DNA from: a virus
Virus record (IMG/VR): IMGVR_UViG_3300025418_001265
Span: 32,980-96,979 of that record
DNA: 64,000 bases
Direction: 5' to 3' (one strand)
Position 1 is the first letter of the stretch, and every line of letters starts with the position of its first letter. Shown piece by piece: positions 49,381 to 58,579 of the stretch. Made by a program: the position numbers and the translations under genes. The notes beneath the pieces were generated by a model. The model was not told where the DNA came from. It did not search any database and was given only the letters and a program-made list of their open reading frames with translations.

Positions 49381-50346
49381 TTACTTTTTCCAGCTGTCTC
49401 TATCGTAATTAAAGCGTTCAAACCATTCCTGCATATTCTCATAAACCATATCAGCTAATTCTTGAGTATAAAACGAACGCCAATCTTCGCTATATAAGGT
49501 ATACAAATCTATAAGCTTTACTTTTTCTTTAAACCCGTCAGGCACTATGAAAAAGTTTCTTAAAAAGGTTTTTAATTTATTGTCGGGTATTTCTTTAAGC
49601 TGTCCGTATAATTTTTTTAACTGTATCTGAGAATAACTTTTAGGGGTAGTTTTAAAAATAGCATTGTATATTTTCGGGTTATTTTCTATAAAACTAGTAA
49701 AATAATTTGTATTATAATTGTCAAATAAAGTTAAACATACAATTACATATTTTAATAAAGTACTGTTATACTGTGTAGTACAAGGATTAGTTGTATTAAG
49801 CTTAGTTACACCGGGTACTTTGAGTATATCTTCTTTATAGTTTTCTAAACGTACAATATAATCTATTTTTTCTGGTAGTTTTTTAGGTTTGTACAAAACT
49901 ACCTTACCGTCATCAACGTATTTTTGAGCTATCTTTTTATTTTTACTAATCTTCATCCAATCTTTAAATGAATCTAAGACTGGCGGATTCGATAGGTAAA
50001 CTTTTGTTGCAGTAGTACCATCCTCGCCGTTTTTTACTTCATCAAACCACAAAGGCATTTTATCTAATATGTCTAAATACGGACTGTATGGTCTGATAGC
50101 CAAGGATTGTGCTAACTTCCATTGAGAAAAAACTAAAGTATAAGGATTACGCACATTAACTATAACTGGGTATTTGGAGTACTCTTCTGGTATTTCAAGG
50201 GCGTGGGTGTAAGGTCTAGCACCGGCAAATGTATGGCCGTTTGTCTGGACTATATTGATACCATTAAGGTGCATAGTATCAAACGTTGCTCTAGATCCAG
50301 TACGAGGCGGTAAAAGCCAAATATGATCGTTAGATAAGAAATTCAT
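49381..50346 (-). CDS. Sulfotransferase-family protein (Sulfotransfer_2-like)
   Basis: 5'-PSB PPRTGS, 3'-PB VRNPY...S.W, VRLEN, C-terminal FYTQELAD.VY....FERFNY; start moved to ATG 50346 (TAAGTA 5 nt upstream). Confidence 0.75.
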   Translation of the reverse strand: MNFLSNDHIWLLPPRTGSRATFDTMHLNGINIVQTNGHTFAGARPYTHALEIPEEYSKYPVIVNVRNPYTLVFSQWKLAQSLAIRPYSPYLDILDKMPLWFDEVKNGEDGTTATKVYLSNPPVLDSFKDWMKISKNKKIAQKYVDDGKVVLYKPKKLPEKIDYIVRLENYKEDILKVPGVTKLNTTNPCTTQYNSTLLKYVIVCLTLFDNYNTNYFTSFIENNPKIYNAIFKTTPKSYSQIQLKKLYGQLKEIPDNKLKTFLRNFFIVPDGFKEKVKLIDLYTLYSEDWRSFYTQELADMVYENMQEWFERFNYDRDSWKK

Positions 50347-50399
50347 ACCGCTACTTACCCGTTGTGGTAAAAAATTAAATGTCATATAAGTAACAACGC

Positions 50400-51146
50400 G
50401 TGCAACAATTAGACCATAAAGATAAAAGTGTGTGGGCTAATGGCCTATACAAAAATATAGCTAATACTGAAGTAGAGTGGCTTAGAATGGATTCTAAGGA
50501 AAGATTTACAGAGCATTTAAAGACTCGTAAAGATAATTTGCAAAAGTATGGATGGTTAGATACTAAATTTACATATAAGTTTAATAAGGATGGGTTTAGA
50601 AGCATAGAGTTTATGCAAAACCCAGATATAATGTTTTTAGGTTGTAGTTACACGCTCGGTATCGGTCTACCAGTAGAATGTACCTGGCCCGATATAGTTA
50701 CTAAAGCATTAAATATAAAAAGCGTTAACTTAGGAATAGGTGGTGGAGCAATAGATACTTTTTTTAGGATTAGCTTACACTGGATAAATAAATTAAAACC
50801 TAAAACTGTAGTGCTTTATGTACCGTTCAAAGAGAGATTAGAAATCATAAGAAATAACGGGTATATATATCTGTCGTCCCATTATTTTGAACAATATAAT
50901 GTTTTTCTTGAAGATTGGTTTGCAAATCGAGAAAACTCTTATTTTAATTACTTAAAAAACGTTTTAGCTATAAAACAGGTATGCCAAGATAATAACACTA
51001 AGCTAATTGTGTTTGACGAGACTCCCGAACGTATAGATTTTGCTAGAGATTTGTCTCACCCGGGGGTAGAGACAAATAAACTTATTGCTCAAATTGCATT
51101 AAAGCATATTGAGAGTAATCAAGATTTCCAGCTATCTTTTGAATAA
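50400..51146 (+). CDS. SGNH/GDSL-like esterase or acyltransferase
   Basis: FNKDGFRS, FLGCSYTLGIGL, NLGIGGG, ARDLSHPG (DxxH); TAAGTA at 50387-50392 before GTG. Confidence 0.65.
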   Translation: MQQLDHKDKSVWANGLYKNIANTEVEWLRMDSKERFTEHLKTRKDNLQKYGWLDTKFTYKFNKDGFRSIEFMQNPDIMFLGCSYTLGIGLPVECTWPDIVTKALNIKSVNLGIGGGAIDTFFRISLHWINKLKPKTVVLYVPFKERLEIIRNNGYIYLSSHYFEQYNVFLEDWFANRENSYFNYLKNVLAIKQVCQDNNTKLIVFDETPERIDFARDLSHPGVETNKLIAQIALKHIESNQDFQLSFE

Positions 51147-51829
51147 CCAAATGCAGTAAAATCTGCTTGATAAGCTTTATACACTACGTCTGCTAAGACT
51201 TGTGAAGTATATGCGGCTTTCCAGGATAGGTTATTAATATTAATATGATGATATCTATCAGTGTAGATATTCATTCTGTAAGCCCAATTATTAACTATAC
51301 CCGGTATAACTGTACTTAACCCCGTTACACTCGCACTTAAACTTTCTAAACGTACGAAATTAACATTAGCTAAATCAATACCGGCTACGGCTAGTTGATC
51401 AGTGATTTGTCCGCGTGATACTCCTATCAAAGGTGAACCACTGGTTGGTGTAAAGTAAGTCCAACAACCCTTGTCTGCAGTAGGAGAAGCTGAAAGCGGT
51501 TGAGACCATATACCTGTAGCATCTCTATTGAGAATAAAAGAATCAAACGCAACAGTGGGTACTCCTTTAGCGGTTAAAAATTTATTAACGTGTAACCAAT
51601 CTGTAAACACAATGTCGTATGGGTTTCTTATAGTACAAACGATCGTTTTGTATGTAGTGCCAGCTGGAATAGCAAAATTACGAGTAAACTCTACAGGGGC
51701 TGCAGACACGCCTGTTGTTAATACGGATTGCTCATCGTTAATTTCACTTAAATATGAATAAAGAGATCTTGAACCTGTAAAAGAAGGCGCGAGTTGTACT
51801 GTAGATAAAGCTGGATAAAATATGGCCAT
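51119..51829 (-). CDS. Divergent sulfotransferase-like protein
   Basis: APSFTGSRS (degenerate PSB), IRNPY, VRLES, WKAAYTSQVLADVVY....DFTAFGY; start moved to 51829 (TAAATA 5 nt upstream). Confidence 0.65.
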   Translation of the reverse strand: MAIFYPALSTVQLAPSFTGSRSLYSYLSEINDEQSVLTTGVSAAPVEFTRNFAIPAGTTYKTIVCTIRNPYDIVFTDWLHVNKFLTAKGVPTVAFDSFILNRDATGIWSQPLSASPTADKGCWTYFTPTSGSPLIGVSRGQITDQLAVAGIDLANVNFVRLESLSASVTGLSTVIPGIVNNWAYRMNIYTDRYHHININNLSWKAAYTSQVLADVVYKAYQADFTAFGYSKDSWKS

Positions 51830-51844
51830 AACTATATTTATCAA

Positions 51845-52219
51845 TTATTGAACGCCTTTTAAATACGGACAAGAGAAGTTTTTACATATATTTGGACGTA
51901 TTTCATACACACTACAACATTTTAGCGTTGAATTATAAAATATACAAGGCTTTCTAACGTGTTTATTATCAACTCTTAGCGCAGGATAATGAGACGGATT
52001 CTGATAAAAAGATCTCTCCGGAAACAGTTTAGAACCTTCCTCATATTCTAAAAATACATCTTCTTTTTGTACATTAATACCAGAAAACTTTAACTTGAGT
52101 CTATTTAAAAATTGTTCTGAGTCGTCGATAGGACCTATTATAAAGTCTCTATCGTCAAGCTGACAGCAACCACCGTGGTTGCCTTCAAATCCTAAACATT
52201 TTTCACTACAATGGTTCAT
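51845..52219 (-). CDS. YkgJ/CxxCxxCC-type Fe-S or Zn cluster protein
   Basis: CxxxC...GGCC...PCIFY...CSVYEIRPNICKNFSC. Confidence 0.75.
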   Translation of the reverse strand: MNHCSEKCLGFEGNHGGCCQLDDRDFIIGPIDDSEQFLNRLKLKFSGINVQKEDVFLEYEEGSKLFPERSFYQNPSHYPALRVDNKHVRKPCIFYNSTLKCCSVYEIRPNICKNFSCPYLKGVQ

Positions 52220-52869
52220 CGCTTCCAGCTATTTTTTTCGTAGCCTAATTTTTCAAATTGATGTTTATATGCATCGTAAACTAAATCTGCAAGTCTAGAA
52301 TTATACATATAATAAGTTTTCCAATCAGCATAGTTACCAGTTCTTCTTAAATCGCCTCGAGGGTCATCTACCCCTTCGTATTTGTACTGATTGTTTAAAA
52401 TATTAGAAATAAAGTCCATTTGTACAAATGGTGAGTCTATTTCAACGAAAGGTATTTTTTTAATATCTTCTTGTAAATTCTCGTATCGTATAAAATGCTT
52501 CGGTTTAAACTTTTCTATAGAGTTTTCATAATGGTCCATTATACCTTCTGGGTTCTTTAGCACAAACTGTTCAAAATCGCATAATACTTTTAACTCTCCT
52601 TTTTGTTCTTTAAAACAAGATAAATGCCAAGATGAAACCGCCCTTGAGTACGGGTTTCGTATTTGCATTATAATAGGGTAACTAGTCTTGTCAGCGGGTA
52701 CGTCGTAAGAATGGGTATGCGCTACATATCTTATATTAGACTTATCGCTAAATTTTGAATCTAATTCGTAGTTATAAAAATCGTAATGTTTAAATATTTC
52801 ACTAACAGCTCTAGAACCACATCGCGGACTAGCCCACCATATATAACCTACTTTATCAGAAACGTTCAT
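52216..52869 (-). CDS. Sulfotransferase-family protein
   Basis: WWASPRCGSR, IRNPYSRAVSSW, IRYENL, WKTYY...LADLVY; ATGA overlaps on both sides. Confidence 0.8.
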   Translation of the reverse strand: MNVSDKVGYIWWASPRCGSRAVSEIFKHYDFYNYELDSKFSDKSNIRYVAHTHSYDVPADKTSYPIIMQIRNPYSRAVSSWHLSCFKEQKGELKVLCDFEQFVLKNPEGIMDHYENSIEKFKPKHFIRYENLQEDIKKIPFVEIDSPFVQMDFISNILNNQYKYEGVDDPRGDLRRTGNYADWKTYYMYNSRLADLVYDAYKHQFEKLGYEKNSWKR

Positions 52870-53447
52870 AACTTCTGATACACCCAGCAATACTCTCCTG
52901 ACACAACCTGTAAACCTGGCGAATATTGAAAAAATTCGTCTACAGCTTTTTTAACGCCTGGAAATTTATGTCCGTGTTCAGGGTCAGAAGGATCAAAATA
53001 ATCGTGTCCTGCAATAATACCACCTTTGCGTAGTTTCATATACCAGGCATCTAGATCAGCTTTTACATCCTCATATTCGTGACTGGCATCAATAAAAATA
53101 AAGTCTATAGATTTGTCAGGATAAGTTTTAGCAGCTTCTAAAGAAGCCATACGAATTGGATTGATAATGTGCTTTACCGGCTGCATATTCTCTAAAAACT
53201 GCATATATAGAGCATTCTGTTCATCTGGTTTTAAGTTATGCTCTACACTACCTTGCCAGGTATCTATAACGTCAAACTTAATATTTTTACCGGAATTAGC
53301 TATTTCTACGGCTGCAAATGCAGTAGATTGTCCCATCCAAGCGCCTACTTCAACCATATGAGAACCTTCTTGCATACAACCTATAACTGTCTTGTATAAA
53401 CTAGGGAATGTAAACCAACCCTGTATATTCCAGTAATAATGATCCAT
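52866..53447 (-). CDS. Class I SAM methyltransferase (Methyltransf_24-like)
   Basis: VEVGAWMGQS, VIDTW, FIFIDASHEY, GGIIAGHDY; TAAGTA at 53457-53462. Confidence 0.85.
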   Translation of the reverse strand: MDHYYWNIQGWFTFPSLYKTVIGCMQEGSHMVEVGAWMGQSTAFAAVEIANSGKNIKFDVIDTWQGSVEHNLKPDEQNALYMQFLENMQPVKHIINPIRMASLEAAKTYPDKSIDFIFIDASHEYEDVKADLDAWYMKLRKGGIIAGHDYFDPSDPEHGHKFPGVKKAVDEFFQYSPGLQVVSGEYCWVYQKL

Positions 53448-53475
53448 ATTATGATTTACTTATACTTGATATCAT

Positions 53476-53730
53476 TCAACTATATTTAAATTCAGTAACA
53501 CTAACCCCGGATCCAGACCACTCTACTCCAAACACTCTTGGCGGTTTGTCTAAAGTTTGAGCCAGACCTTTGGCTACATTAACAGCTTCCCCTGGTGTGA
53601 GGAAACTTTTTGCCTGTTTTGGGTCGGTACACCAAATATCTTTATCTAGATCTACTAAGAATAAGCCTTCCTGTAAGACATTCTTTGCAGACATTCTTAC
53701 TACAGATATGTCCATTATAATATGGTTCAT
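53476..53730 (-). CDS. Hypothetical protein
   Basis: 84-aa ORF in a coupled run. Confidence 0.55.
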   Translation of the reverse strand: MNHIIMDISVVRMSAKNVLQEGLFLVDLDKDIWCTDPKQAKSFLTPGEAVNVAKGLAQTLDKPPRVFGVEWSGSGVSVTEFKYS

Positions 53731-53915
53731 CGTATACGTTTTTTATCAAACATACCGTAAACTTCACTTCGGCCCGATTGATATCTAACTACTAAAGTAT
53801 CACTAGATAAGTTATAGTTTACTATTGGATCGCTTCCTTCTGGTATATTAAATACCGGTGTACCGTCTGTATTATACGCTATAATACCGTTATCAGTTTT
53901 CTCTACGTACCACAT
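53727..53915 (-). CDS. Hypothetical protein
   Basis: 62-aa ORF with ATGA overlap. Confidence 0.6.
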   Translation of the reverse strand: MWYVEKTDNGIIAYNTDGTPVFNIPEGSDPIVNYNLSSDTLVVRYQSGRSEVYGMFDKKRIR

Positions 53916-53916
53916 A

Positions 53917-54216
53917 TTATTTTAAACGTCGTAATTTGTTTTCAGCCTGTAAACATCTAATATTGTTAAGTGTTTTTTCAATGCCACGAGCTGTTTGTAT
54001 CTTCATTAACAAAGTATCAGTACGATTATCTACATAATCCTGAATATCTAAAGGCTTAATGTATTTCATACCTTCATTACTATTGAAGTCAATACCTCTA
54101 TCTTCACACTTCTCAGCAATAATATCTACTGCTTCCAGTAAAGCTGCCCATCGAGCAAATTCGTAAGAGGTAATACTACGACTACCGGTTGATGTATGTT
54201 CAATAATGTCTTCCAT
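53917..54216 (-). CDS. Hypothetical protein
   Basis: 99-aa ORF, tightly packed. Confidence 0.65.
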   Translation of the reverse strand: MEDIIEHTSTGSRSITSYEFARWAALLEAVDIIAEKCEDRGIDFNSNEGMKYIKPLDIQDYVDNRTDTLLMKIQTARGIEKTLNNIRCLQAENKLRRLK

Positions 54217-54221
54217 TTATA

Positions 54222-54623
54222 TTATAACGTTGTCTTACTTAAAGTGATTGGTTCGGTAACTACAGCTGCTTCTACATTTACATAAACTGAATTCTTAGCC
54301 TGGCAGCTTGTACAAACAAAACCTGTATCTTCATTTGCGTTAATGACTACTTGATTAGTAACTTTACAAGCAGCACAAGGTACATTGAAGGTTATTCTAG
54401 AGAGTATTTCAAGCTCTTTAAGGTTTTTATCAGTAATATCTTTAGCTGCACGATAATCAAGATATGCTCCGTAAAGATAAAATATAACAAATTGCGCAAC
54501 TAAGGTACTAAAGAACCATAGCGTAACAGATTGTTTGGTAAAAAATGCTATACCACCAAAGACAGCGCTAACAGCGGCCGCTTTTAATATAGCTCCTATT
54601 AAAGTTAATAATGTTTGTCTCAT
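54222..54623 (-). CDS. Two-TM membrane protein with zinc ribbon
   Basis: Two N-terminal hydrophobic helices; CAAC...CTSC. Confidence 0.7.
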   Translation of the reverse strand: MRQTLLTLIGAILKAAAVSAVFGGIAFFTKQSVTLWFFSTLVAQFVIFYLYGAYLDYRAAKDITDKNLKELEILSRITFNVPCAACKVTNQVVINANEDTGFVCTSCQAKNSVYVNVEAAVVTEPITLSKTTL

Positions 54624-54649
54624 ATGTTACTCGTATTAGAGTAACTTAT

Positions 54650-55045
54650 TCACTTAGGTGCAAGAGTAAATTTATTTAATTGGGCAGCTAATTCTTTATA
54701 TGCTACCATAATGCCTGCTAATTTGGCACGAAATCTTTTTAATTCAGCTTCTTTGCCTTTGAATAAAGGCATATTACCCGCAGTAGCTGCTTTGTTCTTT
54801 AAATCTAATGTTTGTAAATAAAGATTAGCTAATTGTACTACTGCATCTTGTAAAGGATATGGAAGTGCTTCTGGATTGACTCCACCCTGACCGTTATTTT
54901 TTAAATTGGCTAGCTTCTCTAAAGTAGGGACATCATCTCTGCTATACTCATAAGCAGACATAGTTTCAGGAGTGCGTGGTTGACCACCTACACCTGTATA
55001 GTATTCGGCTTCGCTAAGTAGTTTACTTGTTTTTCTTTTGCTCAC
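54650..55045 (-). CDS. Hypothetical protein
   Basis: 131-aa ORF, GTG start. Confidence 0.6.
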   Translation of the reverse strand: MSKRKTSKLLSEAEYYTGVGGQPRTPETMSAYEYSRDDVPTLEKLANLKNNGQGGVNPEALPYPLQDAVVQLANLYLQTLDLKNKAATAGNMPLFKGKEAELKRFRAKLAGIMVAYKELAAQLNKFTLAPK

Positions 55046-55217
55046 GGTCTTCTATACTTACTACTCCGACCTTGAATCTACCAGTACATTTTGGGCAAAT
55101 CCAATGAGCTTCATTAACAATTTGTGTACCTCTATTAACTCTTACAGCTCTAGGATGTACAGGTCCATATCCGCATATATGGCAGCTTTCTGGACGCGGA
55201 ACTACTTGTTCGTTCAT
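55023..55217 (-). CDS. Small zinc-ribbon protein
   Basis: CHIC...CPKC; start moved to ATG 55217 (TAAGTA 7 nt upstream). Confidence 0.65.
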   Translation of the reverse strand: MNEQVVPRPESCHICGYGPVHPRAVRVNRGTQIVNEAHWICPKCTGRFKVGVVSIEDREQKKNK

Positions 55218-55227
55218 AGACGAATAC

Positions 55228-56139
55228 TTATCCAAACATCTTACAGAAATCAACTAAAGCCTGGTTATTTGCTTGCTTATTAAAGACTTTCTTCCATTCG
55301 TCTATTTTATCTAGAATACTACTAAACTCTAATTCTTTACATTTTTCTTCAAAATTGTTAAAATCTGTTTTAACTGTATTTAGTATAGTGTACTGTTCAG
55401 TATATAATTCAGTTTCTTCAGGATGTACCGCTAAACCGTGCGTTAAGTCAACTAAAAGTCTATTAGTTTGTATTATACTATCGCATAATTCTAGAGCTTT
55501 AGGATCTTTAGCAGTCCATTGTTTAGCTAGTTTTTTACCTCTTACTTTACCTACTCCTTCAATACCTTGTACATTATCGGATTTATCTCCAGCGATACAC
55601 TTATAAATAACGAATTCTTCTGGTGTTAAACCGTAATGTTCTTCAAAGTTATTAACATCTACAAGAAGTTTTTTAATTGGGTTATAGAAAGAAACATCCG
55701 GGTTAACTAATTGTGCAAAGTCGTTATCTACACTTATGATAATTTTTTTGCCCTGTACTTCTTTACTTAACCAGCTAATAACATCATCCGCTTCTAGGTT
55801 ACCTGGAAATATATTCTTTATTCCAAGTGTTGTAGTAATTTCAACTATAGCATCAGCTTCTCCGTAAACAGCTTTGTTGCGTTCTTGATCTCTATTACCT
55901 TTATAAGTTCCTTCTGTAAGTGTTTTACGAAAGTTTTCTTTATTGCCTAACTTCTTGTCCCAGGCAATATAGATTCTATCTGCATTAAATTGAGCAGCAT
56001 TAGACTTAATGGTTTTAAGAAAAGCAAAAATGCTGCCAGTGTTAACTCCCTTCGAGTTCACTAGAGGCTTTCCTACGTTGTTTGCGATCCAGTACGCTCG
56101 ATGTAGCGTGTTGTTTCCGTCTATTAAGAGCGTCGTCAT
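55228..56139 (-). CDS. rnh: 5'-3' exonuclease / T4 RNase H (FEN-like PIN fold)
   Basis: LLIDGNN, AWD, YKGNR, EADDVI, SVDNDFAQL, GDKSDNVQGIEGVG. Confidence 0.9.
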   Translation of the reverse strand: MTTLLIDGNNTLHRAYWIANNVGKPLVNSKGVNTGSIFAFLKTIKSNAAQFNADRIYIAWDKKLGNKENFRKTLTEGTYKGNRDQERNKAVYGEADAIVEITTTLGIKNIFPGNLEADDVISWLSKEVQGKKIIISVDNDFAQLVNPDVSFYNPIKKLLVDVNNFEEHYGLTPEEFVIYKCIAGDKSDNVQGIEGVGKVRGKKLAKQWTAKDPKALELCDSIIQTNRLLVDLTHGLAVHPEETELYTEQYTILNTVKTDFNNFEEKCKELEFSSILDKIDEWKKVFNKQANNQALVDFCKMFG

Positions 56140-56425
56140 CTTGTTTTAATTTAAGGTTGTATTCTTTTATGCAGCTATTATAAACGCTTTTAGGTAAAAC
56201 GTCAACTAAATCTAGTATTTTATTTTTTAATCCCGATTCTATTTCGCTATTAGGTATAGTTCTTATATGTCTATCTGGCAAAGAAAAGAAAACAGTTACA
56301 CCAGGACCATAAGAAACTGGTACTAACCATTCTCCTTTATAAACACCTTGTAGAACTACGTAAATGCTTCTTTCTTTAGGAAAGAAAAAACTTTTAATCT
56401 TGTTCAGTATTGTCTTTAAAACCAT
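56042..56425 (-). CDS. Hypothetical protein
   Basis: 127-aa ORF; 3' end overlaps rnh. Confidence 0.55.
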   Translation of the reverse strand: MVLKTILNKIKSFFFPKERSIYVVLQGVYKGEWLVPVSYGPGVTVFFSLPDRHIRTIPNSEIESGLKNKILDLVDVLPKSVYNSCIKEYNLKLKQDDDALNRRKQHATSSVLDRKQRRKASSELEGS

Positions 56426-56834
56426 ACGGGTCCTGTCCGTTGCTGTTCATTATGTTTTGGTTTATTTTATACATTACACGACGAAAACGTTCAAGTAAAG
56501 CATCGTGTGCAGCAGGATCTTCAGCGGAAACTATTTCAACTGGCTGATTGTTTAAATCATAGCCAATAAGCATATAAGGCCCGAGAAACTCTTTAATTTG
56601 CATATCTAGAGAATCGATTTCCTTGCGTTTCTCGTTTACGATTTTGCCTTTTAAAGTTTTCATATACTCAAGCTTAGCAAGTTGTATCATTTCAGCGATT
56701 TTTGCTTGCTCTGCCTGAGTCATAGCAGCCGTATCTGCAGCTGCTACTGGTTTTAAAGCATTAGCTTGCTCAGAAGTTTGTGCTTGTTTTTTAGTCTGAG
56801 CCTTATTACCTTTCATTGGTTTTTTAGCGGCCAT
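56394..56834 (-). CDS. Hypothetical protein
   Basis: 146 aa; EFLGPYMLIGYD motif; TAAATA 6 nt upstream. Confidence 0.65.
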   Translation of the reverse strand: MAAKKPMKGNKAQTKKQAQTSEQANALKPVAAADTAAMTQAEQAKIAEMIQLAKLEYMKTLKGKIVNEKRKEIDSLDMQIKEFLGPYMLIGYDLNNQPVEIVSAEDPAAHDALLERFRRVMYKINQNIMNSNGQDPYGFKDNTEQD

Positions 56835-56851
56835 TAATATTATTTAGTGTC

Positions 56852-57499
56852 TCACTCAGCAGAAGCTACAAAGTCATAAAATTCTTTACGAGTTTGTGGT
56901 TCGTTCATAAAATCCCCGGATAGCTTAGAGGTAATCATAGCACATCCGTGATGTTTTACACCGCGGTGACAAGCGCAGGTATGAGCACACTTAAGAATAA
57001 CTGCTACACCTTGGTTACCAGTACATAACTGATCAATTGCTTGATGTATCTGAACAGTTAACCCTTCCTGGATTTGAGGGCGGCGTGCGTAATGCTCTAC
57101 AATACGATTAAGCTTTGATAAACCAATAACTTGACCGTTCTTATCAGGAATGTAGGCTACGTGAGCTACACCAGTAAATGCTAAGTGGTGATGAGAACAC
57201 ATAGACACAACAGGTATATTCATCTGACTCACAATACCATCATAGCCATCTGATGGAAAAGTAGTAATCTTTGGCGGACCTTCATAGCAACCTTTAATAA
57301 GGTCACATACATAAGCCTTAGCTACACGACGAGGGGTATCAGCACTATTGACGTCATTACGCCAATCAATGCGTAAAGCATCTAGAAATGTTGAATACGC
57401 TTCTGCTGCTTTATCAATAATTGCTTTCCTATCTTCTTCTGTAGTAAGCATACTACTATTAGCTGTAGGAAGTGTTGGGTGTTTAACTTCGTTTGACAT
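56852..57499 (-). CDS. folE: GTP cyclohydrolase I
   Basis: [40 protein letters not shown]; start moved to ATG 57499. Confidence 0.92.
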   Translation of the reverse strand: MSNEVKHPTLPTANSSMLTTEEDRKAIIDKAAEAYSTFLDALRIDWRNDVNSADTPRRVAKAYVCDLIKGCYEGPPKITTFPSDGYDGIVSQMNIPVVSMCSHHHLAFTGVAHVAYIPDKNGQVIGLSKLNRIVEHYARRPQIQEGLTVQIHQAIDQLCTGNQGVAVILKCAHTCACHRGVKHHGCAMITSKLSGDFMNEPQTRKEFYDFVASAE

Positions 57500-57518
57500 A
57501 TTAAAAGATTTTACGGAC

Positions 57519-57845
57519 TTAAACTTTTCGCCCGATGTATAACTCTGATTTGTTGTTGATTCCATATTTTACTAAATAGCTTATTATAACCTCAATTGAG
57601 TCGGTTTTCAACTTAAACTTTTCAGGAATAAATTGTCCACCATCATATAACTCAAAATAATTTTCACCAAAATTCTTATCGTTGTTGTAACAGGTGCAAA
57701 TAACTGATGCACCGTGTGGGTCTATCATAACCGTCCAACTGCGAGGATCTGCTTCACTATACTCATCAAATAACTTATAGACTACATAGCCCGAGTCTTT
57801 AAGCCTCTTAACAAAGTAGCTTTGTGTTGTTATCTTATTAGCCAT
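57519..57845 (-). CDS. Hypothetical protein
   Basis: 108-aa ORF coupled to the clamp gene. Confidence 0.65.
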   Translation of the reverse strand: MANKITTQSYFVKRLKDSGYVVYKLFDEYSEADPRSWTVMIDPHGASVICTCYNNDKNFGENYFELYDGGQFIPEKFKLKTDSIEVIISYLVKYGINNKSELYIGRKV

Positions 57846-58579
57846 TATTTAACTAATCCTGATATTACGAATGTGAAGTCTGTTTCGTCAGTAGGTTTTA
57901 CATAAAACGACATAACCTTAAACTTAAGATTAATACCTACACGTGCTTTATCAAATTTAACACCAGTCAATACACGAAATATATCAAGATTGAATGGTAT
58001 GCTTTGATTGAACGGCTGCCCTTCTACAGCATCAGATACTTTAAGACTAATATTATCAGTATTAGATTTTTCTTTATCACCTAATTCACAATATACACCG
58101 TCAGGTTGACCGTAAAGATAAATCTTATTGGTTTCAGTAGTAAATGAACTAGCCTTTAATATTTCCTGTAGTTTCTTACTATCTACATCGAAAAACGTAT
58201 CATTAGTAAGAGCTTCAATCTTTTCTCTTTTTAACGTAACTTTAGGTACTACTGAATCGTCTAGAAAATGATACTTAAATTGTAGTTTATCAGTTTTATA
58301 GTATAAATGATTTGATTCAATCTTGAATGTTAAGATTTCTTCATCAATACAGTCAATAACTCTTAATAGTTTCTTTACATCTCCGATATTAAGAGTGATC
58401 TCTTGTTCTACATCGAATGCTTTACTATACTTTGCTAATAGAATAATACTTGTATCTGGCTTATTACAGACAGCATATAAACCATCTTTATTGAGCTTAA
58501 TAGACACAATATCTACAGCTTTACCGACAATATTTAAAAAGTTATCGGCAAAATCTTTCTTAACGAGCTTAAGTTCCAT
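57845..58579 (-). CDS. gp45: Sliding clamp (gp45-like)
   Basis: 244 aa two-domain alpha/beta pattern (LNIGDVKKLL, FKYHFLD); replication cluster. Confidence 0.6.
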   Translation of the reverse strand: MELKLVKKDFADNFLNIVGKAVDIVSIKLNKDGLYAVCNKPDTSIILLAKYSKAFDVEQEITLNIGDVKKLLRVIDCIDEEILTFKIESNHLYYKTDKLQFKYHFLDDSVVPKVTLKREKIEALTNDTFFDVDSKKLQEILKASSFTTETNKIYLYGQPDGVYCELGDKEKSNTDNISLKVSDAVEGQPFNQSIPFNLDIFRVLTGVKFDKARVGINLKFKVMSFYVKPTDETDFTFVISGLVK

